From the human T2T-CHM13v2.0 reference genome, Homo sapiens: DNA of 64,000 nt. The notes beneath the pieces are model-generated. The model was given only the letters and a program-made list of their open reading frames with translations. It was not told the DNA's origin and did no database searches. This document shows positions 1 through 45,900 of this stretch, in pieces (position 1 is the stretch's first letter; each line of letters opens with the position of its first letter). Position numbers and translations under genes: made by a program. The stretch lies in NCBI RefSeq assembly GCF_009914755.1, contig NC_060935.1, one strand, 5' to 3'.

Positions 1-2
1 CC

Positions 3-848
<846 letters not shown>

Positions 849-1485
849 TGAGAAAACTGAGGCTCAGAAAATCTCCCTGGCACATGTATTCATTAGTTTA
901 TTTGTTTATAGGCTACCTTGTCCCAAAAGTTATTTAGAGGACTCCGAGAGGTTTATGACCTGATCCAGGCCACACAGAGCTGGTAAGAGGCAGAACAGGA
1001 CACATGCTCATGTCTCCAGGCTCCATCCTCATTGCTCATTTCTCTACACCACCTTCCTGTATGCCCAGCCCTGTGTAAGATGGTATGCTGCACACAGAAG
1101 TGCTAGGAAGAGAGCGCTCTTTGAGGGCTGGGCACACCCAGCCATTGTACCTGGTGGTTGTCATAAAGCGGGAGACCTCAGCAGGACCAAGAGTTGAAAA
1201 TCAGACAGTTTAAATGGAGAGGAAAACCAGACAGGAGCCCAGGTGCAGATTCCAGCCCAAGCAAGCCCCATGGCTGCCTCCTGGCTGCTGGTCTGGGCTT
1301 GTCCCCACCTGCCCCTTGCTTTCTTGTGCAGCTCTTCACGGCAGCTGGCCCCAGCCAGCGGAAGGCGCCTATGAGCCCTGAGCCTGTGGTCCTCAGCTTG
1401 GGCGGCCAGCGGCCTCTAGCAGGCCCCCCCCTCGACCCCACCCCCGTCAGGAAGTGCCGAAAGAGGAAGAGAGTCGCCGGGCAGG

Positions 1486-1661
1486 ATGAGCGCACCGGGG
1501 GCTGGCCACAGTGCCGGGGGAAGCTGCAATGAATCCTCAGCTCTGGGCCCAGTGGAGGCGCTGGGGACGGAAGAAGGGGAGCGGCCGGGGTCACTGAGGC
1601 AGATGTGGCGCTACCGCTCCTGGGACGTGCCACAGATCCCATCAGAGGCACCCCAGACACA
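1486..1661 (+). CDS. DGKZ: DGKZ alternative first coding exon (MSAPGAGHSAGG...PSEAPQTQ), 934-aa isoform
   Basis: ATG at 1486; 58 codons + CA, then donor gtaggt at 1662. Phase 2 matches the shared exon at 23367 (CA+G=Gln, then KAITK). N-terminus recalled as a known DGKZ isoform. Confidence 0.8.
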
Positions 1662-3735
1662 GTAGGTACAAGGGGTGGCCTGGGAGTGGGCATGGGACCT
1701 CTGTCCCTCTATGAGCCTTTTATCTGAGATGGGGGTGACAGAAGTAGGGTCACCCATCTGTCATCCAGCACTCTGCAGAGGCACAGAGTAGGGCAAAGGA
1801 GTTATTGGCAGGGTGCAGGGAGCTCTGATGTTTGGACTGTGTGGAGGAACTGAGCTCGAGAGAGGCCAGGAGTTGAGCAAGCTAGCAGTGGGGGGATCTG
1901 GGAAGAGGAGCCCCCCCAGGAGTGTGGCACTGGATGCTGGAGATTTCTGACCCAGCTGCAAGGCCTTGTGGAGACTCCGTGGGGTCTTCAGTTGCCTCTG
2001 ATCTCTTCTCTCAGAGCTTGGAGTAAGAGCCATTGGGAAACTTCCCCAAAAGGACCCATGCACCCCAGAGGCCAGTTGTCAGGCATACTTGGGGATTGAT
2101 CTGCCCTCCTCCTGGCCACCCTGGCACCAGCTGCTGGCTGGAGGGCTGGAGCCCCACCTCCCTGATCAGACCTTCTCCCAACTTGCAGGAAACTGGGAGA
2201 GGGTTCTGGGCCTCGGGGTGCTGGTTCTTCCTCAAAATCACAGGCTTGTCCGCAGGTCACAGCCCTAAGCATTGGCTATTTGCGGCTGACTAAGGCTGGA
2301 AAACGGGCTGCCAGAACCCAAGAGGGGAGGATGAAAGCGAAGGTGACACAGGATGTGGCTTGGCAGAGAGGCGTGCACACAGAAGTAGTGGGCAGCTGGT
2401 GTGGGCAGCAGGGTGGTAGGGTTTGGGGAGGTGGAAGACCATGCTTCCCAGCTCCTGGCCTCCCTTCGTCAGCCCTGCGGGGGCCATCAGAAACAGCCCC
2501 GGTGTGTGTGATGGCTGTGCCCCTACAGGTGACTGCTTGGGTTCCAATTGCTCTCATTTCTGGAGGGGGACGGCCTCGGCTGCATTGTGGGGTGTCTTTG
2601 TGTGTGCATGTGAGGTATATTTCTGGATGGGAGTGTGTGCATATGCACACACATACATATGTGTGAGGGATGTGGCAACCGGTAACCATTGTCCTGGGAG
2701 TATTTGTATGTAGGAGAAAGGTGTGTGTTCTGTGTGGGCATGTGTGCTTGTGAATGGGAGTGTGGTACCTGTTGTCCTTCTGTGTATTTGTGAGTGTGTA
2801 AGGGCTGTGCAGGTGATTCCCGTAGCATATGAGATCTATAGGTTCTGTTGAATACTATGTCAGGAAAATGCGATGTGTTGGGCCTGGGTGAGAAGGTTGG
2901 AAACCATTGTGAATAGCTGTGGAAGGATGACTTTGTAGGAGAAACTTGTGAGTTCTTTGTTGGTGTGTGTGCGAGTCATTAAGTGACTTTGGTCACTGAG
3001 TGCGAGAGGCTGGGGTGGGAAGTGTTCGTTTAAGTAATGAGTGGGCATAATTGTGTAAGGGATGTGTTTGTTCTGCGTGCATGGGGAGCACTGTGTGACT
3101 TTTGTTCCCCTGGGTGCGATTTGGGGGAGCCAAGGAGGTATGGGTGGAGATTGTGAGTGGCTATGAGTAGGGTGTGCGAGAGCGGAGGGGAGGTGGTGAC
3201 AGCAGCCCTCGCGAGTGTACACTTGTGAGCGTGCAGTTGTTTGGTAGCGGAGGGATCGGGGGAGGAAAGATGCGCGTCTGGATGCGCGCAGTGCGAGTGT
3301 GCCAGGCCGGGAGATTCAGTCCCATCCAGGCGGGCCGGGCCGGGCTGGGGGCAGGGCTTTCTGCTGCCCCGCCCATTCGTCGCCCCGCCCCTCGGACCGC
3401 CCCAGCGGGCTGCAGCGCAGCGGGCGTCCGGCAGAGGGCGCTGCGGGCCCGGTGCCACCGTGCGGCCGAGGGGGCGTGCTCGGCGGCGGGCAGGCAGCGG
3501 CCCGGCCAGCTATGCGGGGTCCTGCGGCCGCGGCTGGCGGCACTTCCTGGAGCGGCGGCGGCAGCGGCTTCCCGGGCACCTGGGCGTGGGGAGCGGGGGC
3601 GCGCGGCGCGGGGCGGGCGGAGCGAGCGCGCGCCATGGAGGTGGCGGGCGGCGCGGAGCGGGCGTGCTGAGCCCCGGCCGCCGGCCCGGCATGGGCGTCT
3701 CCCGCGGGCCCTCCGCCGGCCGGGGCTAGGGCCGG

Positions 3736-36023
<32,288 letters not shown>

Positions 36024-36606
36024 CGGGCCGCCCACGGGCAGCAGGAGGGACAATGCGGCCAGGGGACGAGCGCCTTCCTTGCCCACCTCACTGCCACATT
36101 CCAGTGGGACGGCCACGGGGGGACCTAGGCCCCAGGGAAAGAGCCCCATGCCGCCCCCTAAGGAGCCGCCCAGACCTAGGGCTGGACTCAGGAGCTGGGG
36201 GGGCCTCACCTGTTCCCCTGAGGACCCCGCCGGACCCGGAGGCTCACAGGGAACAAGACACGGCTGGGTTGGATATGCCTTTGCCGGGGTTCTGGGGCAG
36301 GGCGCTCCCTGGCCGCAGCAGATGCCCTCCCAGGAGTGGAGGGGCTGGAGAGGGGGAGGCCTTCGGGAAGAGGCTTCCTGGGCCCCCTGGTCTTCGGCCG
36401 GGTCCCCAGCCCCCGCTCCTGCCCCACCCCACCTCCTCCGGGCTTCCTCCCGGAAACTCAGCGCCTGCTGCACTTGCCTGCCCTGCCTTGCTTGGCACCC
36501 GCTCCGGCGACCCTCCCCGCTCCCCTGTCATTTCATCGCGGACTGTGCGGCCTGGGGGTGGGGGGCGGGACTCTCACGGTGACATGTTTACAGCTGGGTG
36601 TGACTC

Positions 36607-36612
36607 AGTAAA
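36607..36612 (+). terminator. DGKZ polyadenylation signal (variant AGTAAA)
   Basis: Only PAS-like hexamer I found after the stop; followed by a long T-rich tract (36618-36648). Confidence 0.7.
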
Positions 36613-36766
36613 GTGGATTTTTTTTTCTTTTCTGCTTTTCTTCTTTTGCGGGGGAGGTCTAACAAGCAGCGGGGGCTGCGGGGTTGTCCTCGGGGTGGGG
36701 GACTGGACGCTGTCGACAGCACCTTCCTGGGGCCCCGGCTCCCGTTTGGTGGTTGGTCCCAGGGCC

Positions 36767-36783
36767 TGCCCGGTTCCTGACCT
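36767..36783 (-). promoter_or_regulatory. DR5-type retinoic acid response element upstream of MDK
   Basis: Minus strand reads AGGTCA-ggaac-CGGGCA, about 1 kb upstream of MDK exon 1; MDK is an established retinoic-acid-induced gene with a DR5 RARE. Confidence 0.65.
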
Positions 36784-38133
36784 CTGCCCGGCGGCCGCGC
36801 TCGTCGGGGCCGGGGGCGGGGCCGATCCCTCCGGCTTCCCGCTTCCCGCGGAGAACAACAATGAAAGTGAAAGAGGGGTGGGGCGGGGGCGAGCCCGGGT
36901 TCTGTGGCCCATTTGCCCTGTGGCCTTGAGCAAGCCCCTCCCCCAGGCCTCGGGGGCTCTCCCGGTTTGGGGGAACCGGGCGAGGCAATGCCACAGGCCC
37001 AGGGTTAGAGGGGGTGGGCACTTGCAGCTGCCGATGTGGCTGGATCTGGAACTTCTCAGACGGCTCCTGTCAGCGCCAAGTTTCACCAAATCCAGGCCTG
37101 CGGGCTCCTCCCCCAGGACCCCCACTCGCAGTCCCTCAAGCCTGTGCTCCCGGAAAGGCACTGGGCGACCGCACCCGTGGCTTTCTCTGGGCGACCGGGT
37201 CCCAGACTCCCCCCAGCACAGCAGAGCGCTTCCCTGCCCACCCGCGGAAACCGCCCCAGGTGGGCCGCGCCCCCTCCCCAGCAGCCAGCAGGGCGCCAGG
37301 GCTGAGCCGGCCGTGGAGGGGAGCGGGTCCCGCGGGTTATACAGGCGCCGGGGCTCCGCGGCAGGCAAGAGAAGCTGAGGCCTGAGAACGGCCCGGGCCT
37401 TGGCGTACGGCAGGGGACGACCTGGGATGGGGGCAGCGGGCGGCGGCGCAGGGAGTGGGCCGGGGGCCGGTGTGCGCGGGCGGGACGGGGCCCGGGGTCG
37501 GGAGACCACCGCTCGGAAGATGGGGCCGGGAGAGGCCGCCGTCGCAGCGCAGAGGGCACCGGCGGGGAGACGCGAGGACGCGGGGCCGGGAACACGGACG
37601 CCGGAGTAGAAGCGCGGGGGGCGCGGGCTGGAGCGGGGGCGGGGACGCCGGGGTCGGGGGCGGTGCGGGTTTGAGGGGAGGGGGCGGGGCGGGTCCTTCC
37701 CTGGGGGGGTGGGGAGAGGGGGCGGGGGCCCATGTGACCGGCTCAGACCGGTTCTGGAGACAAAAGGGGCCGCGGCGGCCGGAGCGGGACGGGCCCGGCG
37801 CGGGAGGGAGCGAAGCAGCGCGGGCAGCGAGCGAGTGAGCGCGCGGCGGCCCCTGGTCCGCCCGGCCGCGGCCGATCTAGGGGCTGGGGGCTGGAGGCGG
37901 GGGTGGGGGTCTGAGCTGCGTCCTGGGCTCGAGGCGTCCCCCGGGGAGTCGCCTCTTAGCGGTGCGTCCGGGCTAGCGGCGAGGGGCCGCCCCAAGTCTT
38001 CCCACCGCCGCCACCTTAGCAGCCCGACTTGGGGCCTGGAAAGTGGAGCACGCGGAGGTGGGAGGGCCCTGCACGCGGCCCCCGGTGGGGAAGGGGACGG
38101 GCCAGGGATTCAGACTCGGGCTCTCCCCTCAGG

Positions 38134-39569
38134 ATGCAGCACCGAGGCTTCCTCCTCCTCACCCTCCTCGCCCTGCTGGCGCTCACCTCCGCGGTCGCCA
38201 AAAAGAAAGGTGATGGGGGATGATCGAAGGAGGGCTGGGGACGGGCAGGCGAGGCCCCTCCACTTCTGGGCTGGGCCGCCTGGGTTCCTAGCCTGGAACC
38301 CCAGGAAGGCGGCTCCCGAGGGAGTCTCCCCGTGCCCCAGTCCTGAACTCTGTTCCTCGCGCGTTGTAGATAAGGTGAAGAAGGGCGGCCCGGGGAGCGA
38401 GTGCGCTGAGTGGGCCTGGGGGCCCTGCACCCCCAGCAGCAAGGATTGCGGCGTGGGTTTCCGCGAGGGCACCTGCGGGGCCCAGACCCAGCGCATCCGG
38501 TGCAGGGTGCCCTGCAACTGGAAGAAGGAGTTTGGAGGTGAGGCGGGGCGCAGTCAGAGGGCAGGAGACGGGGGGCACAGCCTCGCCGAAGCCTGGGCGG
38601 ACCCTTGGCGGAGGGCGGGGCCGCGGGCCGCGCAGCGCTGACCTGGGCCGCTCTCTCGCCAGCCGACTGCAAGTACAAGTTTGAGAACTGGGGTGCGTGT
38701 GATGGGGGCACAGGCACCAAAGTCCGCCAAGGCACCCTGAAGAAGGCGCGCTACAATGCTCAGTGCCAGGAGACCATCCGCGTCACCAAGCCCTGCACCC
38801 CCAAGACCAAAGCAAAGGCCAAAGGTCAGCGAAAGGAGAAGGGGGTGGGGCTGTCGCGGGGGGCTGCCCCCCCCCCCCCCGCCTGTGAGGGGACAATTCC
38901 AAGTTAAACCTTAAGTTTTGAGTCCTGGCCAGTGGCTTCCTGACATCGCCTCACTTGGCTTCCCTGCCTGGAAAAGTCTGAAGATGGGCACTACAAGAGA
39001 GGCCGCAGGTGATGCTGGGGACATAAATCCTCCCTGGCCCAAATAGGGACCAACTCAAACTACTCCATTGGAGCATCTGGCTTAGGACCCAGGGAGAGTG
39101 TCCTGGAACGGCTTGCCTTTGTCAGCTCTCCAGCCACGGGCAGCATTTGGTCAGCTCTGCCCTTTCTAGTGTTGGGAGGAGGTCAAGGCCCACCCTGGGC
39201 CTCTCAGCTCACTCGTGACTCAGCCCAGCGAGGCCAGCAGGGCAGGGGTGAATCTGCCCGCTTCTCAGGTGAGGAGGCTGAGGATGCCCAGGGCTGCTGT
39301 GACCAGGACTAGGACTGGAAACTTGAAGGTTTTCTGATCCCAAGTGGAAATAGGAAGCTGGGGATGTCCCATGTCCACATCACAATGGCTGCCCCATCCC
39401 CTGCTTCCGAGTCAGCTGATTGGAAACCACTAGGGGGCAGAATCTTCTCCTTCCCTGATGCCCGGGTGTTTGTGGAGCCGGCGGTCTGCAATGGGTCAGC
39501 CTAACTGCTGATATGGTATTAATATTTCTTTCTTGTTTTACAGCCAAGAAAGGGAAGGGAAAGGACTAG
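38134..39569 (+). CDS. MDK: Midkine (143 aa, secreted heparin-binding growth factor)
   Basis: join(38134-38209,38370-38537,38663-38824,39544-39569) = 432 nt. Signal peptide [29 protein letters not shown]...CNWKKEFG and [12 protein letters not shown] domains, basic tail ...KKGKGKD-TAG. Confidence 0.98.
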
Positions 39570-39852
39570 ACGCCAAGCCTGGATGCCAAGGAGCCCCTGG
39601 TGTCACATGGGGCCTGGCCCACGCCCTCCCTCTCCCAGGCCCGAGATGTGACCCACCAGTGCCTTCTGTCTGCTCGTTAGCTTTAATCAATCATGCCCTG
39701 CCTTGTCCCTCTCACTCCCCAGCCCCACCCCTAAGTGCCCAAAGTGGGGAGGGACAAGGGATTCTGGGAAGCTTGAGCCTCCCCCAAAGCAATGTGAGTC
39801 CCAGAGCCCGCTTTTGTTCTTCCCCACAATTCCATTACTAAGAAACACATCA

Positions 39853-39880
39853 AATAAACTGACTTTTTCCCCCCAATAAA
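39853..39880 (+). terminator. MDK poly(A) signals (two AATAAA)
   Basis: AATAAA at 39853-39858 and 39875-39880, about 290-310 nt after the MDK stop. Confidence 0.85.
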
Positions 39881-39891
39881 AGCTCTTCTTT

Positions 39892-39897
39892 TTTAAT
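39892..39897 (-). terminator. Probable CHRM4 poly(A) signal (ATTAAA on minus strand)
   Basis: Plus-strand TTTAAT; first clear PAS-like hexamer I found on the minus strand downstream of the CHRM4 stop. Confidence 0.6.
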
Positions 39898-41192
39898 ATA
39901 TAAAAGCCCCTTCCCAAGGAGTTTGCTGTGGAAATGTGTTTGGGAGTGGGAAGGTGGGGAGAAAGACCAGGCTGTAGGGACTGGTGGGTTTCAGGGGGCT
40001 TGGTGGTGGGTGCTCTCCAGAGCTCATGGAAAAAGCAGAACAATTACAAACATTTCTTCCAGGGCCCCTGAAAGGGTGCTCCCCATCAAGTCACCTAAGC
40101 CTTTCGGTCCTCATCTCCCTCAGGGACCAGGGCTGGGGAAGGGAACCTGGCTGACTCACTGGAACCACCACACCCATCTCAGCCTCACCCAGTCAAAGGT
40201 CTTTTGATACAACCCACAGCCAATCAGGAAGGTTCTACCCATGGGGGAGAGCAGATGCGAGGGCTGCGTGCCTACCTCACTGCCCACCTCCCCCCTTCCC
40301 ACTGTCATGGAAACCCGAGTGAGCCACCAGGTTGACCCCTTTCCTCTTGCCTGTGTGACCCAGGCCTCCACCCTGCAGAAGCCAGGGGGTGAGAGGTTTG
40401 AAGAGGGCAGATGGGAATGCCATCCACCACAGCCTCACCCTGACTCGATGTGTGACCTGGGACAGCCTTCTAAGGCCGGGGCTGCAGGGGGCTGTCTTCT
40501 GAATACGTGGACCACTCACGGCTCAGCCTGGGATCGCAGAAGGCCAGACCTCAGTTCCTGAGACAGAACCTCTGACCTCCCAGCTGCCCCATCTTAATGT
40601 GACAAGGGCAGTGCTGCTGGGGCGGGGGGGACCTGGCCTCCATCATACCCACCCAGAACCTGGCTAAGTAGCTGCAGCCAGAGGAGATTTCTGCCCCTGG
40701 AGTGGGATTTGGGGAGAGGGGGCTGAGCCTACATGCGGGGTGCAAGGGGGCAGAAAGCACCGATTACAGCAGAATGGGGGACCCCACCCTTCTACTCCCT
40801 TCCCAAGCCTCCTTTTCCAAGCACTGGCCCCTTTGTTCTTCCTGAGGGGGCCCTGGGCTTCGGCCCCCATCCAGATGTCCATTCTTCCAGCACTGCTGAT
40901 GGTTGGTCACAGTGGGGCAGGTGCCCACCCAGGCCAGTGCCCCGCAGCTCGCTGAAGCAGGGCCACAGAGGTGGGCCAGGCAGCCCCAGTTCAGACACTC
41001 CCTGGGGTGAGCCTCCTCAGCCTGAGCAGAGATCTGGTCTCTGAATGCAGCCACAGAGCCTCTTCTGAACTTCCTCCTCAGCAAACGTGAACGCAGAATG
41101 GTGCCTGCAACTCTTCCCCACAGCAAGTGAGCCGTGTGGTCCCCCCAGCACACGCACGCAACACCAGCACCTCCTAGGGCACTCCTGCCTGC

Positions 41193-42968
<1,776 letters not shown>

Positions 42969-45900
42969 TCAGAAGGCAGGACAGGCATGACTCCTTGCTA
43001 GGTGGCCTCACCCACCAGGTCATCTGGGTGATGAGGAGCCAGCCACAGGAGGAGCTGTGGAGAGTGGCCCTGCCAGGGGCAGTAGCCACAGCAAAGGCCT
43101 GGAGGCAGCGCAAGGCCTGGACAGAGGCCAGTGCTGGGGGAGCTCAGGGAAGCAAGAGGAGGAGGAGAGTGGTCCCAGAGGCCCACGAGCATGTGGGCTC
43201 TGGAGGGAGGTGTTCTGTTCATCCATTTACCCATTCGGTCATTTCTTAACACCTGCTCTCCAACCCCTGTAGAAGACACTGGGACAAAGGCAATAATCGG
43301 GGTATGTATGAGCACCTAACACTGATGGTCTACTAAGTGCCAAGCACTTTTGACACTTAAAAAAAGTGTCTATTTATTTATCTATTTATTTGTAGAGACA
43401 GGGTCTTGGTATGTTGTCCAGGCTGGTCTAGAACTCTTGAGCTCAAGCCATCCTCTCACCTCCTGAGTAGCTGGGACTCCAGGCGCCATCATGCCTGGCA
43501 ACATTTTTTATAGTGTTAACTCATTTCATCCTCATAACAAACCTATGAGGTAGATACCATTTTTTCTCTACTACTTACAGATGGGGAAACTGAGGCACGG
43601 AGCTGTTAAAAGCCTGACCAAGGTTTCACGGCTTCTTGCACTATGTTGCTGGTGGGATTAAGTGCGGGGTGAGGTGGTGAGAGGAAGGCAGTCCCGTAAC
43701 TTAAGAGCTCTGGCTGAAGGAGGCCAAAGAGCTCCAGGAGCCAGAAGGCTTTGCAGGGGACCAGAGGCGGTGCATGGAGCTGGGCACCCCAGAGAGGAGG
43801 AGAGTCCCTGCAGAAGGGGCTTCAGGAGGTACCTGCAACTGTCACATCCCCTTCAAGGAGTCCTCAGCTCCAGCCACAGGGCATGCAGCTGGGAGGGAGG
43901 CAGTGCAGGGGTCACTAGGTTGTCAGAGAACCCTGAGGCCCAACTGGGGACCCGTGAGGTGAAAGAATTGTCCCAGAGGGAAGAGAAGGGCTGCCAGGGC
44001 CGCCTCTCCCCTCCACAGTCCACTCCGCACACCGGGCGGCGCCCTAGCTGGAGTCCCCACCACAGGCCCTTCCCTGAGCCTGCCCTCCCTCCCACCAGGC
44101 TCCTCTTAGCTCTCCTCCCCCTCTTCCTCTTCCCTCCATGTGAGGGAGGCCCACGCCAGCTCTGAGTGCCAGGGCAGCCGCTCAGCCCAGCCTCCTTCAC
44201 ACCCGCCAACACACACACCGCTCCACAGACGCACGCGGGCCCATCACAGCCACGCCAGCCCAGCAGGCATGGTCGGATACGCAGTTCTGTGCGTCTGTGT
44301 GTGAGAGGAAGAGAGGGCGCGGCAGCCGGCTGTGGAGGAAGGAGCACTAACCCGCAGCCTGGGCTCTGGCTCTGTGGCCTGAGACGATCCACTGCCCCTT
44401 CCTGCACCTCTTTCTCATTTGCAGAATAGAGAGGATCCTGTCCTGGGACATCCTCCCCAGCAGCTATAGGGATTGGCACCTAAACTTGATCTCTATACAT
44501 AAACACAAAAATGTACTGCAGGCTGGGGCCAAGGGCCAGGGTAACTGCCCCAAGTCTGACCCCAGCCCTTCTATTCCACCGTCGCAGATACAGACCCAGC
44601 CTCCTAGCCTGATAGTTCAAGTTCTCCTGTTCTAAATCCTTGGTTCGTAGGAGGAGAGGCTGAGAGCAAGTGTTGTCACCCCCAAGGTCACACAACGAGT
44701 CAAGGGCAAAGACCACATACTGCCCTCTCTTGGGGTCCCTGACAACCCCATTTGGCTCTGAGAGCCTCTGAAATAGAAGCTCAGGTGTCACTCTCTGAGC
44801 TGTCCCCTCCAGCACCAGGAGGCTGCCCTCCCCCAATCACTCACGTGGAGGAGGGGACAGGGCAGGCAGGAGTAATCAGTCAGCCAGCCCCAAGGAAACT
44901 CACTTCAGCCTCCCAAGGCAGGATACAGGGCAGCAGGATGATAACAAACGGGGCTAGAAGTGCAGAATGTGAAAACATAATAGCTCTTGTTTATTGAGTG
45001 TTAACTGCGTGTCAGGAACCCCTCTGAGCTTTTAATATAGATTATCTGGTTTAATCCTTACAACAGCCTGAAAAGGCAGGTATTATTAGTGTCCTCATCT
45101 TACAGATGTAAATATCCTCTTATAGATGAGGATAATGTTAATCAACTGGCCCAAAGTCACCAGGTTAGGAAGTACGGGTGGGGGCAGAAGAACCCGGGAA
45201 GCTCCTTCTTAAAGTCCAAGGTGCTACTGCTCAGAGTTGACCTCCTGCCTCTGCTCCCCTCGACCCGAAAACCACACAACTGAGGGACTGTCCAGGTGAG
45301 GCTTGGGTAGGGTCCCCTCACATTCCTGCTGGCTTCTCGACTTAGCTTTCCCAGAAGACAAGCGATGTCTTGTCTTCTCCCAGATCCTGGCGGCTGGGCT
45401 GAGCCGGGACCACTGGATGGCCGGTGATTAAGTCCTGCTCTTGGCCCGCGTGAGGGAGCTGCCAGGTGCTGACAGGGCGAGGCTCAGGGTCTCCCCGACT
45501 CCGCCCCGCCCCAGCTGTCGTCGTTTTGGACACCTCGGGGTCACCCGCAGACATTCCGACCCCCTCTGGCGCCTTCCCTGGAATCCAGATACGCCTGGCA
45601 TCTGGGGAGCGAGCCGCCGCCGCCGGGGCTGTGCGCACCGCTAGATGGCAATGTCGGTCCCTGGTGCCCGCTCCGGACCTAGACCGTGCGGCCGCCGTTG
45701 GCCACCGCCCCCAACTCCAATGCGACTGCGAACCCAGAGGAGCCCTCAGGCACAGCCTCCCGGGGAAGTGACGCGGGGTCCCCTCGCCAGGCCCCGTCGG
45801 ACGCCGCCCCAGAGCTGCCCTCGGCTCCGCGCGGGGTTCTCGGGTGGGAAAGTTGAGGGAGCCCGGATTCCACCCGGCACCCTGCGAGGAACGTGTGGGC

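Noticed and set aside
2580-3260. GT/TG-rich low-complexity stretch upstream of the DGKZ CpG island
   Set aside because: Degenerate simple sequence with no stable unit or coding features; no specific function supportable.
36053-38735. Long ORFs (441, 473, 310, 239 aa) across the DGKZ 3'UTR / MDK island
   Set aside because: Pro/Arg/Gly/Ala-rich products expected from stop-poor GC-rich DNA; no recognisable domains except where they borrow MDK exon frames.
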